DNA of 64,000 nt from Candidatus Latescibacterota bacterium (GTDB lineage: Bacteria; Latescibacterota; UBA2968; GCA-2709665), in NCBI GenBank assembly GCA_965205485.1, contig OZ242180.1:3200001-3264000 (forward strand), given 5' to 3'. Position 1 is the stretch's first letter. Every line of letters begins with the position of its first letter. A program made the position numbers and the translations under genes. The notes below the pieces were generated by a model, which worked only from the letters and a program-made list of their open reading frames with translations, ran no database searches and had not been told where the DNA came from. Shown here in pieces: positions 57,399 through 64,000 of the stretch.

Positions 57399-59525
57399 TC
57401 AGTCGGGTACCGCGAGGCCTTCCTGTGCCTGTACGTCCCGGGCGAGGTCCTTTTCGACGACCGTCTCTCCTTGCCGCACGCGCGTGATGTGACCGCCGGT
57501 CTCAGCCCTTGCCGCGAACGAAACGAAGATCTCCTCATCGGAATCGCTGAAGCTGAGTTCCACATTGCCCGCGGTCACGGTGGCCTTCGCGTCTTTCATC
57601 GAGCAGAGGGATTGATCGCCAACCTGTATGAGATGCAGGAAGAGGTCCTCCTTCCGGGCCGTGCCGGGTCTGACTTCCATCCGCCATCGGCCCATCAGCT
57701 CGGGGACCTCCTCGTAGTGCATTCTGCCAATCGGGTATTTGTTTTCAACGATGAGCTTCGAAGGGCCGGCGTCGATCGCATAGTTGACGCCGTCGGCCAT
57801 GAATTCCCTGCCGGGTCCGCCAACCTTTTCGAGAGTGGCGTTTTCGGGTAAGAATGTCCGGACGAGAATGCGTCCCCGGTCCTGATCCGACCTCCATGTG
57901 TTGCCATCGACCCTGGGCTCGTTGGCGTGGTGCATGAGCCAGGTTTTGGCGTAATCGGCGCGGGTGGACGTGACGCGATCGAACACGACGAAATGGTCCG
58001 GCGGGAGAAAGATGAACTGACGGACCATAAGCGCGCATTTTTCGGCATTGTAGACCGGGGTGGCGTCCGCGGCGACGTAGGTGAAGTGGGGGTTGGTTTC
58101 GAAGGCGGTTATTTCGGAACCGACGGTTTTGTTCTGCCCGCCCGCCTGTCCGAAGACCTCGCCGTTCCAGTACGGCGATGGCGCCTCGCCGGGCATCTTG
58201 ATCAATATACAATTGTGGGCGACGGTCTGCGCGTAGTAGTTCTGCAGGTTGTCGGTATTGCCCATGCGGGTGCCGCTGTCAAGGGCGAGGAATCCCTTTT
58301 TGAAGATCGTGAAGTGCGTGGCGTCATAGTGGCGGTGGCTTCTAAGGCTGCCCCCACCGCAGAAGAGGGCATACGTGTCGTCTCCGCCGGAGCCGGAACG
58401 CATGAAGATCTGACCCAGGTTTTCGAAGTGGCGGGCGGGCGGCAGGATGTCCGGCCCCGCGGCAGGCGGCGCGCTGTCCAGACCGTCGAGCAGAAACGGG
58501 TAGACGGGCCACTTGTCCAGAGGAAAGCCGCCGCCGGCCATGTCCCGTATGTATCGCGCGAGTCCGGCCCATTCCGGATGGGTCTGTCCGAACAGGTGCA
58601 TGATGTGCGACATATGCGTGTACATCCAGTTCGTCCGCATGCTGTTGTCAGTATGCGTGTTGTCGCCGTAACCGAACTCGAGGCCTCCGGGCAGCCAATT
58701 CCAGATCACGTAGTTGGGAAACATCCGGATGTGCGGCCAGTCGCCGGATATGTCATCACCTGTCGACGATTGAAGGGTATGGATGAAATTCCACTGCGCC
58801 AGCGGGTATTCGCCGAACGCGTATCCGAGCGTGGGCGAGGCTTCGCCGCCGTCGTCGCCGCACGCTGACGCGCGGTGAACCAGCAGCTTGACGTGGTCGT
58901 CATAGCCCTTTTCAAGAAAACGGGCTGCCCGGTTGTCGTCGATGCGTTCTTCGTGGAGAACGAGCCCCGCGAACCAGGCCAGGCTCGGCGCACCGTAGAA
59001 TCCGCTCCGGTGGTCCGAGCCATTGCGGCGGCGGATGCCGGGTTTGTGAAGCGCTTCGTCCACGTGGTCGAGCAGACGCAGGGCGATCTCCCGCCGGTCA
59101 CTGGCCGCGAGGTCGTTCCAGATCCAGTCCAGGGTTACAAGGCACGCGGCGCGGCTGGCGGCGTACCAGTTTACGGACTCGTTTTCGGCGTAACAGGCGT
59201 GGTAGTATTCAGCGCTGGCGCGCAGTTCGGAGGCGAGTCGAGCCAGCCTTTCGGGGGCGGGCTCCAGGAGATAGACGATGGCCGAGCACATCATCCGGTG
59301 GCCCCAATCCCGGACTTCCGTGCCGTCGGGCAGCGGCGGCAGACGGTCGATGACGGCCCATCCCGTGTCCGGCGGACCCGCATCGGCGAAGGACCTGACC
59401 TTGAGATAATGATCCCTGTCGACGGTCGACGCACGGGTACGGACTGCCGGGAGGGTGTCGCGGTTGATGAAGATCCGCGGGTGGTCCGGGCGTATTCGGG
59501 TAATCCAGTCAGGGTCGGTTTTCAC
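57399..59525 (-). CDS. Heparinase II/III-like polysaccharide lyase
   Basis: N-terminal HPRIF; motifs FMRSG, HRHYDATHFTIFKKG.LALDSG, NYYAQTVAHN, RQFIF...FVVFDRV and WRMEV. No clear signal peptide. Confidence 0.85.
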   Translation of the reverse strand: MKTDPDWITRIRPDHPRIFINRDTLPAVRTRASTVDRDHYLKVRSFADAGPPDTGWAVIDRLPPLPDGTEVRDWGHRMMCSAIVYLLEPAPERLARLASELRASAEYYHACYAENESVNWYAASRAACLVTLDWIWNDLAASDRREIALRLLDHVDEALHKPGIRRRNGSDHRSGFYGAPSLAWFAGLVLHEERIDDNRAARFLEKGYDDHVKLLVHRASACGDDGGEASPTLGYAFGEYPLAQWNFIHTLQSSTGDDISGDWPHIRMFPNYVIWNWLPGGLEFGYGDNTHTDNSMRTNWMYTHMSHIMHLFGQTHPEWAGLARYIRDMAGGGFPLDKWPVYPFLLDGLDSAPPAAGPDILPPARHFENLGQIFMRSGSGGDDTYALFCGGGSLRSHRHYDATHFTIFKKGFLALDSGTRMGNTDNLQNYYAQTVAHNCILIKMPGEAPSPYWNGEVFGQAGGQNKTVGSEITAFETNPHFTYVAADATPVYNAEKCALMVRQFIFLPPDHFVVFDRVTSTRADYAKTWLMHHANEPRVDGNTWRSDQDRGRILVRTFLPENATLEKVGGPGREFMADGVNYAIDAGPSKLIVENKYPIGRMHYEEVPELMGRWRMEVRPGTARKEDLFLHLIQVGDQSLCSMKDAKATVTAGNVELSFSDSDEEIFVSFAARAETGGHITRVRQGETVVEKDLARDVQAQEGLAVPD

Positions 59526-59542
59526 AAAGAAATTCCAACGCT

Positions 59543-61486
59543 CTAATGCGGCTGTTCAGGCGTAAGGCGCCAGAGCCCATGCCCACTGGCAAAAAGGATC
59601 CCGTCGCCTGCGGCGGCCAGAATCGGGTTCTGGCCGGGGCCGGCCGTGTGTACGATGGTGAACTCCGCGGTTGCGGGGTCGAGCCGGACGATGCGGTTGC
59701 CGTGGGTGAAGAAGAGATCCCCATTCGCAACCGCCACCATCGGCCGGTTGTGGGGTCTGCCGCCGGTGAACGGATTGCCGATGCGGCTGGCGTCGCAATC
59801 CGACAGGCGAATGACGAATAGGCGGCTGCCCCCGTCGTGGTCGTCGGTCCAGAAAAAGACGCCGCCGGCGCTGCATCCCATCGTAATGAGACTGCGGGCG
59901 CCGTCGATTTCCCGTTCGTGCAGGACGGTCTCGGTTTCCGGATCGAAGACCAGGAAGCGGGCGTTGCCGCGGGCGGGCCGGATATAGCCGTCCGCGATGA
60001 TGCTGGTGCCGACGTACACGTGATCCGGGCCCGCGGCCAGGCCCAGAACGGAATGGTCGGGTACCAGGTGCCGGTACGACCTGTGGCTGTTGTCATCGGG
60101 ATTGACGACGGTAAGCGCGCCGCCCCGGGCCCCGTAGTCCGGCATGGATCCAATATAGAGCCTGTCTCCCGGACCATTGAGAATGCCGGTGACGGGGCGG
60201 TATTGTTCGTCGCCCATCGGTCCCAGATTCCGGGGGTTGTCGCCCTCTGCCGGACCCGGACGCCAGGGTCGTCCCGGATCATATACCGTCAGGACGTTAT
60301 GGGTGTAGGAGATGCTGTAGATACAGCCGCGGGCTTCGGCGCTGCCGTAGATTTCGCCGGAACCGTTGTATGTCAGGCCCAGCACGTCCGCCCGTTTCGT
60401 TTCCGGTTCCACGCGCGTGAGGGAAAGGCCCAGATGGGCCGAGCAGAAGATGTCTCCGGAAGCCGCCGGCAGGATGGAGAAGATGCCGATGGGAGGATTC
60501 TCGATCTCGGTCCTGTGGAGATCGAGTTCGGCGGTCCTGATATCGCAGATGCCGTAATACTGCGAATGGCCGGCGAAGAGGACCCGATGCTCGTCAACGA
60601 AATAGTAGTTGCCGCGGCTTGGAACGTTAGGAATGCGGCAGACGAGGTCGGCCGTGTGCGATGTCAGGTCGATGGCGTAGATGTACCCGTCGTCCACGCT
60701 CATGAAAGGGCGCCCGTCCGGCGAGGCCATCAGGTTACGTCCGGAGGTGATCGCCGTCTTTACGACGAACGAGCCGAGGAAGCCCAGGTCCAGCGCGGAG
60801 AATCGACAGATTTCAATGCCGCCCTCAGGGTCGCCGAGGGAGACAAGGAACTCATCTCCGAGCCGCAGGAAGCCGCTGTAGGCATCCGGCCGCCCCGTGA
60901 GGTGGGGAGGCGACGCGACGACGACGTCCCCGGTGCGGGGGTCGAGGGCATAGACGCCGTGCTGAAGGCCGTTGAGAATGCCGATGTGTCCGCCGTCGGT
61001 AACGCAGGCGGCGAAAAGCTGATGGTTGCTTTCCGCCACGGGGAATTCCCTGTATTCGCCGGTGCCCCGGTCGAAACTCACGCAGTTGCCGGAGGGGTAC
61101 CCTGGCATGTACAGCAGACCGTCCGGTCCTTCGACCACGTCCGTGAGGTGTGAGTTCTTCGTGGACGGGCGATGGGGCGGGACGCCTTCCCAGGACTCGG
61201 TCGTCGGGTTGAAACAGGCGAGTTGCCCCGGCCCGTTCATCCCGAACCAGAGCCGGTTGTCGGAAAGGAGACGGACCTTCCACGTCCCCCGTCCTTCAGG
61301 CTGGGCGAATGACGCATATTCGTGGCGCTCGAAGTCAGTGCGTACCAGAGCCGGCGGCCGGCCCGGTACCGCGGAAAACATGGACTGGTAGAGAACGCGG
61401 CGGCCAAGCCTGGGATCGAAGACGAGCTCCCCGGTGGAATTGGAGGGCGCCAGGAAAGGGACGTCGCAGATTTTCGAAGCGTTCAT
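59543..61486 (-). CDS. Beta-propeller repeat protein of unknown function
   Basis: Repeated G..Y.G.YP / L..YDP / DP.TG beta-blade motifs; NPRNLG and G.LYIG..P.YG..GG.L. Confidence 0.7.
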   Translation of the reverse strand: MNASKICDVPFLAPSNSTGELVFDPRLGRRVLYQSMFSAVPGRPPALVRTDFERHEYASFAQPEGRGTWKVRLLSDNRLWFGMNGPGQLACFNPTTESWEGVPPHRPSTKNSHLTDVVEGPDGLLYMPGYPSGNCVSFDRGTGEYREFPVAESNHQLFAACVTDGGHIGILNGLQHGVYALDPRTGDVVVASPPHLTGRPDAYSGFLRLGDEFLVSLGDPEGGIEICRFSALDLGFLGSFVVKTAITSGRNLMASPDGRPFMSVDDGYIYAIDLTSHTADLVCRIPNVPSRGNYYFVDEHRVLFAGHSQYYGICDIRTAELDLHRTEIENPPIGIFSILPAASGDIFCSAHLGLSLTRVEPETKRADVLGLTYNGSGEIYGSAEARGCIYSISYTHNVLTVYDPGRPWRPGPAEGDNPRNLGPMGDEQYRPVTGILNGPGDRLYIGSMPDYGARGGALTVVNPDDNSHRSYRHLVPDHSVLGLAAGPDHVYVGTSIIADGYIRPARGNARFLVFDPETETVLHEREIDGARSLITMGCSAGGVFFWTDDHDGGSRLFVIRLSDCDASRIGNPFTGGRPHNRPMVAVANGDLFFTHGNRIVRLDPATAEFTIVHTAGPGQNPILAAAGDGILFASGHGLWRLTPEQPH

Positions 61487-61508
61487 TCAAGGATTCCTTC
61501 TGTCAATT

Positions 61509-63264
61509 TCAAGATACCTCAAAACCGCGGCCGTCGACGCGAATCCCGCAACCCCGTTCGCGCAACGTAACGGCGGGCGGCGTATCGCCCTTCGCAAATA
61601 CCCACCAGACACAGGGCGCGGACGGGTCCGCGCTCGCACGGAGCGTGAGATGGCCCCTGGATCCGGGAAGCCGGTCAACGTCTTCGTCCGTGATTCGCGC
61701 CTGGGGCGAGCCGATCCAGAGCGTAAGGTCGGGCGTGTAGACGCGCGCCAAATTGTCCTGCACCCACCAGGCGGCGTCCGGGTGTCCGTGCCAGCAATAC
61801 GTGATGGTCTCAACCGAACCGCCCTGTACCTGGTCGGCGACGACCACCAGATCTCTTTCTGAAAGCCACAGCGTTCTGACGACCCGCTCCAACGCCAGCC
61901 CGGCGGGATATCCGGCCGCCATGTCCAGCTCCGCCATATGCGTCGTTCCGCTGCGCTGCCGCAGATCGACCCGCCGGTCGGCCGGCTTCTCGGTCTGGGC
62001 CATCCCGTTGATGACGGGCGCATTGTGCGCCGTGGCACCCAGGGTGAATTCGCGTTCTCTCTTCTTCATATACTGCTGATAGCCCGGGTCCGATAGCGGC
62101 CAGGCCCCGGACGCCGATGACGATGGACCCGTTGTCGTTCTGAATGTGGCCCATTTTCGAGTTGCTCGCCGCCATGGCCACGGCCATGTCGTCCGATTCC
62201 CATCCGCTCCTGAGTACGACAGCGTAGTGCGCATCGATAGCCCCCGCTCGGGGCGGTTCACATGGGTGTTCGCCGCCAACCCCGTGGAGCGCCGCCAGGG
62301 CGTCTGCGCGCAGCCGGCGAAGGCCGCAGCGCTTCAGGTACCAGCCCGTACGCGGCGACGCACGGTACCGGTACAGTTTGGCGTGGCCGGATATATGGAA
62401 CGGCATCTCCCGGGGCTCCGCGTCGCTCAACTGGGCGAAATTCGCGACGTCGCCCGGCGCACCGAGCGCGATGGACTCGTCCAGGACGTCGCCGAAACGA
62501 GGATGGTCCATCAGGGCGCCCCGTCTGGCCGGGGAGATCGTCCCCAGCCAATCTGCGGCGAAGTCCAGAATGTATCCGTCATAGCCGACGCCTTCCGAAT
62601 GACCGGTCTCGCGCAGGTCCAGGATCGCCCCCAGGAGCGCTTCCAGCCTGCGGTTCAGCGCATCGGCGGACGGATGCGAAATCCCGTTTGCGGCAAGGGC
62701 GAGGCCGACCGTTCCGATGAACGGGATGTTGTGCAGCGCGGTGTGGGGTTCTTCCAGCGCGAGGATATCGTCCTTGCTGTCAAACGCGCCGTGCGTGGCG
62801 TCGGACAAAGGGAGCGTGTCTTCGATATGGCGGTGAAACGCGCCCTCGATCTTCCGCCGCAGGCGCGGGGGCAGCCAGTCCCACCGGGCGAGGGCCTGCC
62901 AGAGGATGCGCAGCGCGTGACCCGAACTCAGGTCGGGCGTCGGCAACTGCCGGTAGCACGGCCAATCGGCCAGCGCGTCCAGATCCGAAACGGCCGATCG
63001 GCGCGCCTGCTCATCGCCGAACCAGGACGCCGCCCACCCCAGGCTCAGGATCCGCTCCTCCAGGCTCCATGTCATCCAGATGGACCATGGATACGCCTTG
63101 ATGCCGGGGATCGGCAATCCGGGCAGGTAGATCTCCCGGATCGGGAGGGGATACGCGATTTTCCGTCGGACCCGGTAATAGTCGGCGATCAGATGCGTCT
63201 GGGACTTGTAACCGTCGGCGCGCCGGCGAATCTCGGTTTCGATATGCTCCCGCTGCATCGACAC
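61509..63264 (-). pseudogene. Heparinase II/III-like protein interrupted by a frameshift near 62103 (pseudogene or assembly indel)
   Basis: Frame 1 reads ...VLRSGW...MGHIQNDNGSIVIGVRG, then the family motif continues in another frame as WPLSDPGYQQY...TAHNAPVING. Junction on the minus strand: GGC C TGG CCG. Confidence 0.75.
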
Positions 63265-63270
63265 TCCTGG

Positions 63271-64000
63271 TCAATGGTCGTATTTCTCCGGACCCCAGTC
63301 GATTACCTGATGCTGCTGCTTCAGGATGACGGCTTTGTGAGGCGGCGCGTTTTTCATCAGAACCACGCCGGGACCGACCATGGCGCCGGGCCCGACGATG
63401 CGGCCCGGCATGAGTATGGTTCCCACACCGGTGCGCGCGTAGTCGCCGAACAGGGCGCCCGAAAAACCGGGCGCCGGATGGCGGACGCCCTTCACTTCAA
63501 CCTGCGTCGGCCCGTCGTCGAATCGGAGCGTGCCCACCTGGGTGCCGGCGCCGAATTCCGCGCCTTCCCCGTAGATGCCGGCAATCTGCATCTGGTGGGT
63601 GATGCGGCCGCCCGCCAGAATGACGCCGCTGAATTCTCCGAGGAAGGTGATGTGATTGTTGCGGTCGACGAATCCCGATACCTTCGCGAAGGGCCCGATC
63701 CGGCAGTCGTCTCCGATGACCGTGTGCGAGGCAATCTGGGAGCCCTCGAAAACGTGCGTGTTTCTGCCGATCCAGGCGGGCCCGCTGATACGGGCCCCGC
63801 GTGAGATGGCCGCGCCCTCGTCGACGAACACCGGGCCGTCGATGTGCGCGTCGGGATCGACCCTTGCGGTGCCGGCGATACTGGAGTCCTCGAGACGCCG
63901 GGCCATTTCCTCCGCGGCCAGACGGCAGACCGCCAGCGGCTCCCAGGGCATGTCCATATCGAAGCAGACGCCGTCGGCGCGGACGGCGGCCGCGGGCCGG
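63271..64000 (-). CDS. Sugar-phosphate nucleotidyltransferase/acetyltransferase (archaeal GlmU-like), C-terminal left-handed beta-helix; 5' end outside the window
   Basis: FDMDMPWE resembles the nucleotidyltransferase-domain end D..xPW. Hexapeptide repeats IDGPVFVDEGA, GPAWIG and IGDDCRIGP, then FGAGT...LRFD and GALFGD...TG...MPG. The frame stays open to the window edge. Confidence 0.75.
   Translation of the reverse strand, partial: RPAAAVRADGVCFDMDMPWEPLAVCRLAAEEMARRLEDSSIAGTARVDPDAHIDGPVFVDEGAAISRGARISGPAWIGRNTHVFEGSQIASHTVIGDDCRIGPFAKVSGFVDRNNHITFLGEFSGVILAGGRITHQMQIAGIYGEGAEFGAGTQVGTLRFDDGPTQVEVKGVRHPAPGFSGALFGDYARTGVGTILMPGRIVGPGAMVGPGVVLMKNAPPHKAVILKQQHQVIDWGPEKYDH

Noticed and set aside
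61509..62279. 256-aa ORF as an independent gene
   Set aside because: Its first ~60 aa are an off-frame reading of the upstream gene; the rest is the C-terminal continuation of the frameshifted lyase-like gene.

Overview
High-GC bacterial window with densely packed genes and no rRNA, CRISPR array, prophage or transposase. The signal-peptide WD40 proteins with dockerin-like tails, the GWxTD protein and the many sulfatase-like and heparinase-like genes suggest a Latescibacterota/Gemmatimonadota-like, possibly sponge-associated organism; this is inference, not shown by the sequence. 1-40 kb holds catabolic and housekeeping genes: amidohydrolases, a CocE hydrolase, arsC, purB, a NUDIX hydrolase, aldolases, two Thr-type sulfatase-like enzymes, mazG, galU, selA-selB-selC (tRNA-Sec), and a 2-oxoacid:ferredoxin oxidoreductase whose beta subunit is fused to a CBS pair and which is preceded by a stand-alone CBS protein. 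It also contains a 161-bp CTAG-flanked MITE and REP-like repeats. 40.5-54.1 kb is a tandem array of six paralogous secreted WD40 proteins (14-15 repeats each) with dockerin-like C-termini, mosaic sequence relationships, a variable inserted loop and conserved spacers; upstream lies a non-coding, degenerate ~72-bp tandem repeat array. 55.4-64 kb is a minus-strand cluster with two heparinase II/III-like genes (one frameshifted), a beta-propeller, a DapA/NanA-family lyase, a duplicated DUF5069-like protein and a partial GlmU-like gene. All functional calls come from motif recognition by eye; no database search was run.
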